Assembly (NCBI GenBank): GCA_951406725.2
Contig: OX597823.1
Location: 100,750,001 to 100,814,000 of the forward strand
Direction of reading: 5' to 3'
Source of the DNA: Octopus vulgaris
Lineage: Eukaryota
Length of the DNA stretch: 64,000 bases
Shown: positions 1-10,844 of the stretch, piece after piece
Numbering within the stretch: position 1 is the first letter of the stretch
Layout of the letters: every line of letters begins with the position of its first letter
Notes under the pieces: generated by a model
What the model was told of the DNA's origin: nothing
What the model saw: only the letters and a program-made list of their open reading frames with translations
Databases searched by the model: none
Translations under genes and position numbers: made by a program

Positions 1-68
1 TAGCAACAAACGAAATACCACTAAGCATTTCTCCCAGCATGGTAACGATTTTGCCAGCTCTCCGCCTT

Positions 69-69
69 G

Positions 70-140
<71 letters not shown>
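69..140. repeat. (TAA)n microsatellite
   Basis: Pure TAA tandem run. Confidence 0.95.
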
Positions 141-141
<1 letters not shown>

Positions 142-345
142 GTTTCAAATTTTGGCACAAGGACTGCAACTTTAGGGTAGGGGTAAGTTGATTATGTTGA
201 CCCCAGTGCTCAACTAGTACTTATTTTATTGACTCTGAAAGGATGAAAGGCAAAGAGTTAACCTTGATGGAATTTGAACTCAATGTGAAATACTGCTAAG
301 GATTTCACCCCATGTGCTAAATGATTCCGCCAGCTCACCACCTTA
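141..345 (-). mobile_element. tRNA-derived SINE with Meta-type central domain (degenerate)
   Basis: Reverse complement matches the copy at 36586-36820 (aaggtgg.gagctgg head, gagttcaaattc B-box, gcctttcatcctttc core). Confidence 0.75.
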
Positions 346-709
346 CATTGTTGCCATTGAACTTCTGGATGGCTTTGGTCTCTAGGGGGTGGGGTGGCAT
401 AGGAAGGAGACAGGCTGTTCAGTAGATCTGCTGTTATAATAATAATAATAATAATAATAATGAAATTATTGTATACAGTGCTCAGGTGCACCACAACTTG
501 TCAGAAAGTGCATATAAAGTATATGCAGTAATGTACAAATGTCTGGAAAGCGAACAATGTATGAGTCAGATACATGCTTGTGTGTGTATGGAGGAGAGAA
601 AATCAGGTGTAGTGTTGGCGAATCTCAGGAAGCATGGAAGTTTTGAAGGATGCAGTGCTCCGACAACTAACAACTGATGCCGGCAGTTTGTTCCATGCTT
701 CAGCAACTC

Positions 710-2308
710 TCAGCGTGAAAAAATGTTTCCTAAAGTCATGGGAGCTGTGCTGTTTTCTGACTTTGTAAACATGTCCACGGGTGCAGAGTTATTGTTTGTA
801 AGATGGTTAATAATTTTATGGGTATCTGCCAAGTCAGCTGCCAGACGTCGGAGTTTCAATGTGTCCATGCCCAGGGAAGTAAGGCGTTCAGAATATGGCA
901 AATGCCTGATGGAGGGTATTCTTTTGGTTGCACGTCGCTGAACAGCTTCCAGACAATTAATATCCTGGGCAAGATAGGGGTTCCAGACCGGTGATGCAAA
1001 TTCCAGGTGAGGTCTTACCATAGCTATATAAAGCCGCAGATAGATAGCCGGAGAGTGGCTCACAAAGGACTTGGTGAGTGATGCCAAGACACCCTCAGCC
1101 TTCTTGGCAATTTTGGCGATGTGTTTTGTCCAACGCAAATCGCTGTCAACAATAAGACCCAGGTCATGTTCACACAAAGACTTTTTGAGATTAGTGTTGT
1201 GGAGGGAGTAAGTGGACGCTGGGTTTCTCCTCCCAAAATGCATGGTGGTACATTTGTCCACAGCCAGCTTGAGTTGCCAGTCCATGATCCACTGCTGCAT
1301 TGTGTCCTGGTCTGCTTGCAATAGAGATCTATAGTGCACAGGATCTGACCTCTTTATTTCGAGGTACAGCTTGATGTCATCTGCATATTTCAGCACTGTG
1401 GAATTCTTTAAGTTGGCATCTATGTCATTAACATATGCAACAAACAAAAGGGGGCCAAGAACAGATCCCTGTGGTACACCAGATGTCATCTCATAGGGTG
1501 AAGAGTGCTGTCCTAGAACTGTGACAACCTCTTTTCGGCCGAAAATAAAGGACTTCAACCAGTTATAGAGTTCGTCTCTTACACCCAACACAGAGAGTTT
1601 CACCATAAGTCTTTTGTGTGGCACAGAGTTAAAAGCCTTAGCAAAGTCTAGGTAAACCACATCCACCCAGGATCCACGATCAGTGATTTGGGTAACGTCC
1701 TCAAGAAACTCGATGAGTTGATTACAGCAGCTGGAGTTAGGAATAAATCCAAATTGTGACGGCTGGATGAGGCTGTGAGACTTCCAGAAGTTCCAGAGGA
1801 TTTCCATCAGTTTGGCGATGCAGCTAGTAAGATAGTTGACAGGCGATGTGTGGTCACCTTTTTTGAACAGAGGGATAACACTGGCAGTTTTCCACTGTTC
1901 TGGAGTAACAACATTGTCAAGACAGAATTGGAAGAATAGAGAAAGTTGGCTTAGAAGAAGGTACCCACCGTGTTTGAGAAGTAGGTATGTAACACCATCG
2001 AGACCAGGAGAGGCATAGTTGCGTTTATTCTTAAGGTGGCATTGTAGCATTGCTGGTGTAAATTGCATAGTAGATATAGAGTCCGGTGTCAGTGGTGATG
2101 AAGATGGAACATTTTGGTCTTCGACAGTAAAGATGCTGGCATAGCATCCAGCAATGATTTCTGCACATTCTTTGGGATTGCCAGTAATCTGTCCTGTGTG
2201 GGGATTGTGAAAGGGGACCAACTGGAGAGTGAGGTCTCTGCCTTGAGTGCACATACTTCCAGAACACTTTGCTGTCAGGGTTGGTTGCAATGCATTGTTC
2301 AAATTCAA
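710..2308 (-). pseudogene. LINE ORF2 reverse transcriptase (frameshifted)
   Basis: SPGLDG, VYLDFAKAFNSVPH, GVPQGSVLGPLLF, KYADD and VRPHLEFASPVWNP motifs typical of CR1/L2 RT. Confidence 0.92.
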
Positions 2309-2528
2309 GCACTGCCTTTTTTGTCACCTGCTTGAGGTGGTTGGCTGACCTATTGCGCTTTTTCCTGTTGATCTCTGATTTGTGCAATTTGTATTCCTGT
2401 TCAGCATCACGGCGTCCTTTCCTGGCAAGTTGGACTGCTGCAGTCTCCCAAATTGCACTGTTGGGTGGTTTTTTATGCTTGCATGGTACTGATGCTGCAC
2501 ATGCCGCCCATATTGAATTCAGAATGTT

Positions 2529-3032
2529 CTAGAGTATAGTGTCCACATCTCCAGAGGCATAGAATTCGAGCCAGTTTGGGTGTTGCAGCTCAGTACAATA
2601 AGAGCTCCAGTCTGCTTTATTCCAGTCAAAGCAGGCAGTTTGAAGATGGTTGTGTTTTTTGTTACAACCAATCAGAGACAAGTTGGCCATGATCATGGAA
2701 TGATCAGAGTCACCTAAAGGTTCTTCAGTAGTGACACTAATGATTGTTTCAGGAGAAGCGGTAAGTAGCAGATCCAAAGTGTTGTTACCCCTTGTGGGGG
2801 AGGTAATGACTTGGGACCAATTTGAATTCAGCACCAGTTCAAGGAAATCGTCTGCACTTTGTGGCCAACAGAAGGCCTCCCAGTCAATCTCAGGGAAATT
2901 GAAGTCACTCGCAATATAAACATATGTGGCTATTTTCATGGCAGCAGCTCTGAGGATATCAAAAAGCTGTGCGTCTTGATGATAATTTGGTGGGCGGTAA
3001 ACAACTCCAAGCAGAACTGTTGACATGGTCAT
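2529..3032 (-). pseudogene. LINE ORF2 APE endonuclease fragment
   Basis: VVYRPP, SDFNFPEIDW, PTRGNNTLDLLL and SDHSMI motifs. Confidence 0.9.
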
Positions 3033-3221
3033 GTGTATATTGCAGAAAAATACTTACTGCTGAGATTGGTTCAAATCATCACAAGGGATTGCCGATAGAT
3101 TTGATTGAACATAAACAGAGTGCAGAATGTGCCCATGTTTCCATGACTGTGATGAAATCTGGATTGATACTTTTGAAGTAAGAGTCAAAAAGATGTACCT
3201 TGTTGCATAAACTACGAGCAT

Positions 3222-3584
3222 TCAAGAACAGCAATTTGTATCTGGATTTGAGATGATGATATACAGGGGATGGCTGATTGTTCTTGGATAGTTTCCCAAG
3301 ATTTTTGTATTGCCAGTTGTTGTTGTGGGTGCAGTTTGCTCAGTCCAACTGGTATCCCTTATCCACGACTCACCAGAATTGATAAATTTCCAGATTTGCC
3401 CATCATCGCGGAGGCTAAATCTTTCCTGTGGCACAGAGTTGCGATTTAGGGAAGCTACAGATCTTAGCTTTGGGCGTACATCAGGTGGTAGGCCAGGACG
3501 TGTCCTAAAGGTGATTCTGTTTTCGCGCCGAGCCCTATCAGCAGCCAGATGGTATGCCCGCGCCTCAGTAAAGTTTGAAAACAT
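3222..3584 (-). pseudogene. Probable LINE ORF1 C-terminal remnant
   Basis: Basic non-repetitive ORF immediately upstream of the endonuclease on the same strand. Confidence 0.5.
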
Positions 3585-3760
3585 CAGCCTGATCAGTCTG
3601 GGTTTGGTCGGCCAAGGCGGAAAGCACTTTTTGGGGGAACACAGCTGAGGTCCTTAGATGCGTTTCCAGTGAATGCCTGCAGATCTACCACATCTTCCGG
3701 CACTCCGATGGCAATTACCTCATGAGTGGCTGATTCAGCAACTTATGAATGCCAGTGAGG

Positions 3761-3799
<39 letters not shown>

Positions 3800-5614
3800 A
3801 AGATTTTGGTGAGGGTAGGTGCTTTGGGTCCCTGGGGAAACCAATACAAAGGCTAGTGGTGGCCATTATTGATTTCAAGCAGCCGGAGCTACATATTACA
3901 ATTTAAAATATGTGTCTATATGTAAGTGTACGTGCGCGCCTCCATGTGTCTGCGTGTTTCTGAGCGTTTCAATTTATATGCAATTTATAGAGTTTTCCCT
4001 CAATGACTTCTAAAAAGCTCAAAAGAAAAAAAAAAATTACACAACACTATAAGACGAAGGGAAACAACTCTGTTAAGCACTACTAAAATATGTCTAACAA
4101 AATGAGGGAAACTATTCCGATTGTTGTGGATATTATTTTACAGATTTTAGAAATGGGTATGTACGCACGATCGCGCGCGCCCACACACGGACAGACAGAC
4201 ACACTCACGTACCGCATGTATGTGTATCTGTGTGCCTATGTAAGTGGGCACATGCACATATATGTGAGTGTGTGCACCTGCATACACACATACAGGCAAT
4301 CACACCCACACACATTCACACAATAAGATAACCGTGAGAAAAGCTTGGTGTAAGTGACTATACATTTGTAGTCCTTGAGAAGGCCCAAGAGAAAGTTCAT
4401 TGCTCTGTTATCTGGTAGTCACTAAGAATATAGAACGCAAAAAAAGAAAACTGCATTGGTATAGGCATATAATATATATGGACGATGACAGCTGCATAAA
4501 ATGCCGAGTGCTTATAGTAAATGATGAAAGAGGAAAACCTAGAAAGACAGGACGAAATAGGGAAAGATGTTCATCATCACATACATTGGCTGCATTCGTC
4601 TTCTACTCTTCCTCTGACACTCCATCTTCTCTCACTGCATTCATCTATTGTGCCCTCATCACCTTGCCCCTCTTTTTCTCACTGCCTTTTCTTCACAGCT
4701 TCTCCACTGCTTAAAAAATATACACCTGTCAATCCTTTCGTCTCATTCTGGCCAACCTCCACGATTCCCCACCTATCTTTAACCGACTCTCTCCCTGCAG
4801 CTTGCATAGTTCCTGCTCACCCTCATTTCTATAGCTCTCTCATGCACCCTTCGACATACCTCATACTCATCCTTACAACAAGGGACACCAAACTGGTTCT
4901 CCTTTACACAACTCACCCCATCGTCCTTACCACCCTGTCGCTCTGTCCTGTTCATTAACCTTTGATATACTGCTCTTCCCCATCACCCTTCCATTACTTA
5001 CCCCAACATCATCTCCTCGGTTACCTTCCTCCCACTACAACCTTCTAGCATCAATAAATCTCTTCATCCCTTTCCCATTCATAGTCTAACTTCATTTGAC
5101 ACCTCTGCCCCACTCTCTCTCCCTCTGATCCCACCTGCTTTGTTATATCATATATCCAATACAGGATTATAAAGGTAATATTTGGAACAAGCAAAGAATG
5201 TCAAATGTATTTTTCAAATTATAATTTTGTGCCTAATATTAACATAATATTTCACTGCAGTATCTGAACCAAAACTTCTTCATACATAAACAAAGTGGTA
5301 AATGATAAGTTTGAAGGAATCATTTTCTTCTGTGACAAACGATGCATGCATGAGTTTTTTTAAATTGCCATATGTCAATAAATACTAGAAAATAATGTAT
5401 TTACATTACAAAGATAGAATTGTTTGCTTTTCTGAATGAAGGTGTTTGTACAATCATTTATAATCATCATCATCATCACCATTTTTTCCACTTCAAAAAT
5501 AAATAATTTCAAATGCTCAAAGAAACTGCATGCAATGAACTGAAAAAACATTTACAGCAGAATTGTTCTATTGACTGAAGGTTTTAGTAAATTTAGTAAA
5601 GACATACATGCAAT

Positions 5615-5752
5615 GAGCTTCTCACAGTTTCTCTCTACCAAATCCACTCACAAGGCTTTGGTTGACCTGGGGCAGTAGAAGAAGACATGTGCACAGAGTA
5701 CTCCACGGTAGAACTGAACTTGAGACCACACACTTAGGAAATATGTCTCTTA
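5615..5752 (-). mobile_element. tRNA/CORE-type SINE fragment (related copies at 32700-32832, 45820-45960, 61722-61855)
   Basis: Shared caaatccactcacaaggctttgg...gactgaacc consensus among the copies. Confidence 0.7.
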
Positions 5753-6253
5753 ACATCTATACATATGAGTATATGCATACATACACAACTAAGTATACAC
5801 TGACTATCAATACTCGAGGAAAGATAAATCTTGGAGATGATTACTCGAGTTAATTCCCTTATCATACACTCTATAGTCTCGTGGCTTCATTTTCCTTCAG
5901 AACGGTTGTTGGTTGTCTGAACTCCTGACGAGTGATTTGCACAATTATGATGCAATCTCGTGAGATGATTTGTAGTGGATTCTGTTAGATTGTATTGTAT
6001 TAAACGATAATAAACTCTATCAACCTGGTGAGGAGTGTTCTCATCTCTTATGCCCATACATACATATAAGTTTATATATATATAATCTTTTCCACTCATT
6101 ACATCCCTTTCTCACTCCTGCTATGCTTTTCTCCTTCTTTTGAAGAAGGTCTCACATGCAAAACTTTAAGCCACTTTCCTATTGTTAAATCAATACTGTA
6201 TTTATTAAAATTTGTTCCTCCTGTGGTGTCTTCTTTTTGTACTCATTGACTAA

Positions 6254-6335
6254 CATATATATATATATATATATACACACACATACACATATGTATATAT
6301 ACATATATATACGCACACATATATATATATACATA

Positions 6336-6367
<32 letters not shown>

Positions 6368-6450
6368 CACATATACATATAGATATATATACACACACAC
6401 ATATATAGATGTATATACATATATACACACACACACACATATATATATAA

Positions 6451-6538
<88 letters not shown>
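6254..6538. repeat. (TA)n/(CATA)n/(CA)n compound microsatellite, representative of many such tracts in the window
   Basis: Seen directly; these tracts produce the spurious YI/IY-repeat ORFs. Confidence 0.95.
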
Positions 6539-6539
<1 letters not shown>

Positions 6540-6540
<1 letters not shown>

Positions 6541-6982
6541 CACTTCACCAGAATCACCCAGCGAACACCCACCATGGATCATCACAATTGCTCAAGGTAA
6601 AAATGAATTCCTCGCTCTTTCGGGAACATCAATCTTCTGTATTGACTGCTTTCCACCACTTTGATCTGTTTTTTATATTGAATACGTATCGCCACCGTGG
6701 GCCACTACATCGAACACTTTGAACATATAGCATGAATGAACTTACTTCAAACTATATATGAACTTTAAGATGTCTGACTCCGTTGTGTATTGTAAATGAA
6801 TTTCTTGTGTTTGACGGCATGAGCTGTCTTTTTTTATATATAACTTTTTTTGATAAGGTTCATTTCAAGAACTGAAACATGTTATAATGTATATATAAAA
6901 ATTAAAAATTGTATAATATAGCAGCATTTTCGAACTTCATTTTTTACAAATATATACCTACTCGTATACGAGATAATCCTAT

Positions 6983-6990
<8 letters not shown>
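6540..6990 (+). mobile_element. Diverged solo Penelope pLTR-like segment with eroded HHR (6850-6884)
   Basis: 6850-6990 is homologous to the pLTR at 9960-10055 and to the reverse complement of 8030-8170; motif TTGATAA-ggttc..gaact-GAAA-catg-TTA. Confidence 0.55.
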
Positions 6991-7041
<51 letters not shown>

Positions 7042-7332
7042 CATTCGAGCATGATCATTACCAACGTCGCCTTACTGGCACCTGTGCTGGTGGCATGTGT
7101 AAAAGGATTTGAGCGAGGTCGTTGCTAGTACCGCCTGACTGGCCCCGTGCTGGTGGCACATAAAAAGCACCCACCACACTCTCGGAGTGGTTGGCGTTAG
7201 GAAGGGCATCCAGCAGTAGAAACCCTGCCAAATCAAGTTAGGAGCCTGGTGCAGCCATCTGGTTCGCCAGCCTTCAGTCGAAATCGTCCAACCCATGCCA
7301 GCATGGAAAGCGAGCGTTAAATGATGATGATG
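7042..7332 (+). mobile_element. RTE LINE 3' UTR / RTE-tailed SINE with (TGA)n tail (related copies at 16290-16600, 25940-26290, 26300-26550, 26760-27275, 27280-27550, 29833-29972, 35695-35932, 40130-40310, 46425-46620)
   Basis: ggagtggttggcgttaggaagggcatccagc...ccatgc.agcatggaaa..gatgatga; the same sequence is the 3' UTR directly after the RTE ORF at 27686-28549. Confidence 0.85.
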
Positions 7333-7335
7333 CTG

Positions 7336-7376
<41 letters not shown>

Positions 7377-7541
7377 TATACATACATACATACATATATA
7401 TACACACATACATATATACACATACATACATACATATATATACATACATACATATATATACATACATACATATATATATACATACATACATATATATATA
7501 CATACATACATATATATATATACATACATACATATATATAT

Positions 7542-7585
<44 letters not shown>

Positions 7586-7612
7586 TTTATTTTAAGCAGC
7601 AGAAAATTCAAC

Positions 7613-7660
7613 AAAATCTGTTACTCTGAGTTTCTCGTTGCCGTTCATCAGACAGTTTTT
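7613..7660 (-). ncRNA. Minimal type I hammerhead ribozyme (mirror copy)
   Basis: Exact reverse complement of 7667-7714. Confidence 0.8.
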
Positions 7661-7666
7661 GCTAGC

Positions 7667-7714
7667 AAAAACTGTCTGATGAACGGCAACGAGAAACTCA
7701 GAGTAACAGATTTT
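7667..7714 (+). ncRNA. Minimal type I hammerhead ribozyme
   Basis: ctgt-CTGATGA-a-cg-gcaa-cg-a-GAAA-ctcaga-GTA-acag; stem I ctgt/acag; predicted cleavage after 7705. Confidence 0.8.
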
Positions 7715-7812
7715 GTTGAATTTTCTGCTGCTTAAAATAAAACATATTACTCTACCACTGGTATTTGAGTACTCTTTTTTCCACCTTGTTTCACATTTAT
7801 GTGTTTACTCCG

Positions 7813-7874
<62 letters not shown>

Positions 7875-8029
7875 ATATATGTATGTATGTATGTATATAT
7901 ATATATATGTATGTATGTATGTATATATATATATGTATGTATGTATATATATATATATGTATGTATGTATATATATATATGTATGTATGTATGTATATAT
8001 ATGTATATATATGTATATATATATATATA

Positions 8030-10049
8030 TTCATAATAAGTGTAGGTTGTATACGAGTGGGTATATATTTATAAAAAAGAAGTTTGAAAATGCCACTAGA
8101 TAAGATAAATTTTAATTTTCTTAGAAATTTTACGTTTCGGTTCTTCTTGAAAAAACGAACCTTATCAAAACTATTTTAAAAAGTTAAATGTAATGAAAAA
8201 GTTCATAATTGTTTCTTACTGGTCTCAACAGAATCCACGTGGTGGTGTTTTGTGGGGAGTAAGCATAATAGCTGTCTTATGTGTTCGAATAAAACAAAGG
8301 GAATGACCAGTGGCTGAAATTGCAGTAGTAGCAGTGACTGTTGGTAGTAGTAGTAGTAGTAACCGTGGTGGTGGTGGTGGTGGTTGGAGTTGAAGCAGCT
8401 CATTGGCTATAGCAGTTGTAGCAGCAGCTTGGCTGTAGCAGTGGCGGCAGCAGCAGCAGCAGTGGAAGACTGTTGATCATAGTAGTAATAGTAGTGAACA
8501 TGGTGGTTGTAGTAGTAGTAATAGTAGCAGCAGTAGTAGTAGTGATTGTGGTAGAATTTCATTTTTCTTTTCGGAAGACCAATATGTTGTTTTAATGTTC
8601 CTGGCCCAAGGTGTTCAAACTTAGTCCGAATTTTCTGATAAAACAAAGTTCTTTATTTTGGCGTTGAGCGAAGGTCACGTTGTCACCGAATTTGTAAAGT
8701 GGGAAAGTTGTGAATTTGGGATTTTTATTTGAAGCACATCTATCCATGTGTCTGCTGACTGGTATTTTCCTGTATTCAGGATTCCTAATTTGGGATTTAT
8801 GAACTGCCATCCTTTTTCGTAGGCTGTTTTTTATATGGCCAATATACTGCCTATTGCACCCTGCGCATGTTAACACGTAAATTAAGTTTTCTGATACACA
8901 GGTGAAGTTTGTTCTGATGGTAAACTGATGGCCTTGTTCTAATGTGAATTCTGAACCTTCTACCAAGATGACACAGATTCCGCAGTTGGGCTTTCCACAT
9001 TTTCTAACTGCTGATTTTGTGGTTGTTGTTGAGTGCAGTTTAGCTTGGGTTAAAATCTTTTTTAAGGATTTTGGTTGCCATTTACTTTTATTGATGGTGT
9101 GTGTTTGGAGGATTCGGTTCATCTTTGGGTCTCCCTTGAGTAGGGCTATGTTTTGGAGTATGGTGTTGAAGGCCTCATTGTTAAGTGGGTTGTGTGTAGA
9201 GATGTAGGGTAGGGTTTTTAATTTTTATTTCTTTTTTGGTTTTGTTTGTCTCAGGTCTTCTATACTTAATTTAAGTGCTCGTTGGATTGCACTGTCTATT
9301 AGGGGCTGTGGATAATTTCTATTTATGAGTGTAGGTCTGAGTTCCTGGAGACGTGTGTGTCGGATGTTTGTGTCTGATATTATGGTGCAAATCCTTCTGG
9401 CTAAACAGAAAGGGACATTTATTCTAGGGTGTCTTGGGGGGCATGAATCAAAGGGTAGGTACTGCTTGGAGTCTGTCAGTTTATAATAGATATCTGTCTC
9501 TATTTTGTTGCCGACTTTCTTAATGAGGATGTCTAGAAATGGCAATTTTTCTTCGTTTAAAACAATATATTGGTCTTCTGAAAAGAAAAATGGAATTCTA
9601 CCACTACTACCACGATCACTACTACTGTTGCTACTATTACTACTACTACAACCACCATGGTCACTACTATTACTACTATGATCAACAGTCTTCCACTGCT
9701 GCTGCTGCTACGACTGCTACAGCCAATGAGCTGCTTCAACTCCAACCACCACCACCACCACCACGGTTACTACTACTACTACTACCAACAGTCACTGCTA
9801 CTACTGCCATTTCAGCCACTGGTCATTCCCTTTGTTTTATTCGAACACATAAGACAGTTATTATGCTTACTCCCCACAAAACACCAGCACAAGGATTCTG
9901 TTGAGACCAGTAAAAAACAATTATGAACTTTTTCATTACACTTAACTTTTTAAAATACTTTTGATAAGGTTCGTTTTTTTCAAGAAGAACAGAATTTTCT
10001 AAGAAAATGAAAATTTATCTTATATAGTGGTGTTTTCAAACTTCTTTTT

Positions 10050-10055
<6 letters not shown>
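8030..10055 (-). mobile_element. 5'-truncated Penelope-like element (Neptune-like) flanked by inverted pLTRs (about 8030-8593 and 9557-10055)
   Basis: About 500-bp inverted repeats flank RT-thumb/GIY-YIG coding sequence; eroded HHR TTGATAA-ggttc..gaacc-GAAA-cg-TA on the minus strand at 8126-8172. Confidence 0.88.
8592..9545 (-). pseudogene. PLE RT C-terminus plus GIY-YIG endonuclease (interrupted)
   Basis: PFLDILI, TDIYYKLTD, LARRIC; linker CGKPNCGIC; FTCVSENLIYVLTCAGCNRQYIG. Confidence 0.9.
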
Positions 10056-10123
<68 letters not shown>

Positions 10124-10129
<6 letters not shown>

Positions 10130-10330
10130 TAATCCAAACAAGAAAGCACAAAAAAACACAACAACGCGAGGACGTGGAACAAATATAATATTATTGGATG
10201 CTCAGGAAAGAAGGAAAGAAGGAGGGTTTAACATTTCGAGCAGAGCTCTTCGTTGGAAACATAGGAGAAGGAAAGATCCAGAGAAGGGAAGACAGAGGAA
10301 AAAAATCGCCAATGGTACACACGAGGTCAC
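10124..10330 (-). mobile_element. Solo PLE pLTR with eroded HHR (10226-10260); 3' end also seen at 48512-48612, 59833-59890 and 61060-61140
   Basis: Minus strand reads gttt-CCAACGA-a-gagc-tct-gctc-GAAA-tg-TT-aaac; downstream end is repeated elsewhere next to (TA)n. Confidence 0.6.
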
Positions 10331-10344
10331 ATTATTCAATAGTC

Positions 10345-10408
10345 AAGATGAAACTCTGAGTTTCGGATGCTGAAGTGGAAATCCACAACACCATCTCTTT
10401 GGTTATCT
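10345..10408 (-). ncRNA. Eroded hammerhead-like motif
   Basis: Minus strand reads agataa-CCAAAGA-gatg...catcc-GAAA-ctcaga-GTT-tcatct; same stem III as the 7667 HHR. Confidence 0.45.
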
Positions 10409-10459
10409 GGCCATCTGAAAAACGCTATGAAAAAATACTGTTATATAAAGGGAAATTAC

Positions 10460-10844
10460 TGTGTTATAATTCCGCTACTTATATAAATTAAGATTAAAAG
10501 TTCATAGTAAACACATAAACATGGCTACTCATACGCTCACATGTGCGCTCGCAAACCCAGGTGCGTACTTATACGTCACTATGAAAACGTACACATCTTC
10601 ACTCGCATTTTTCGCCAAATGTATACGCATATATATACAATCTCATACACACACACGCGTACCGTAAAAGTTCATACATACGTCTATATACGCACAAGCA
10701 CAAGAAAAAACATGGTTAAAGGTAACAATACAGAAAAAAATATAAGAAAGTATACAAAGCGTAAAAACCACATGAGTAGCCATGTTTATGTGTTTACTAT
10801 GAACTTTTAATCTTAGTTTATATAAGTAGCGGAATTATAACACA
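10460..10844. mobile_element. Fold-back/MITE-like element with about 73-bp terminal inverted repeats (10460-10532 / 10772-10844)
   Basis: tgtgttataattccgctac...ggctactcat versus its reverse complement with one mismatch; no ORF inside. Confidence 0.75.

Larger units (their letters stand above)
436..3760 (-). mobile_element. Near full-length degenerate CR1/L2-group LINE
   Basis: Order on minus strand is ORF1 remnant, APE endonuclease, RT, short 3' UTR and (ATT)n tail at 436-461; (GA)n lies at the 5' side. Confidence 0.85.
7586..7741. repeat. 156-bp perfect spacerless palindrome centred on GCTAGC (7661-7666)
   Basis: Arms read as exact reverse complements; flanked by (TA)n tracts. Confidence 0.95.

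Noticed and set aside
5150-5600. Possible hAT transposase remnant (LLHT..KW-like)
   Set aside because: Too eroded to support without a profile search.
6138-6170. TTGAAGA..AAAA hammerhead-like remnant (also CTGAGGA at about 30682)
   Set aside because: Stems and the GAAA core are not recoverable.
6185-8103. Numerous YI/IY/CVY-repeat ORFs (also at 13.4-16.3, 24.3-24.9, 29.2-30.3 and 59.5-60.1 kb)
   Set aside because: Translations of TA/CA microsatellites, not genes.
8203-8646. Poly-His/Tyr/Ala ORFs (also 9539-9926)
   Set aside because: Trinucleotide arrays inside the PLE pLTR.
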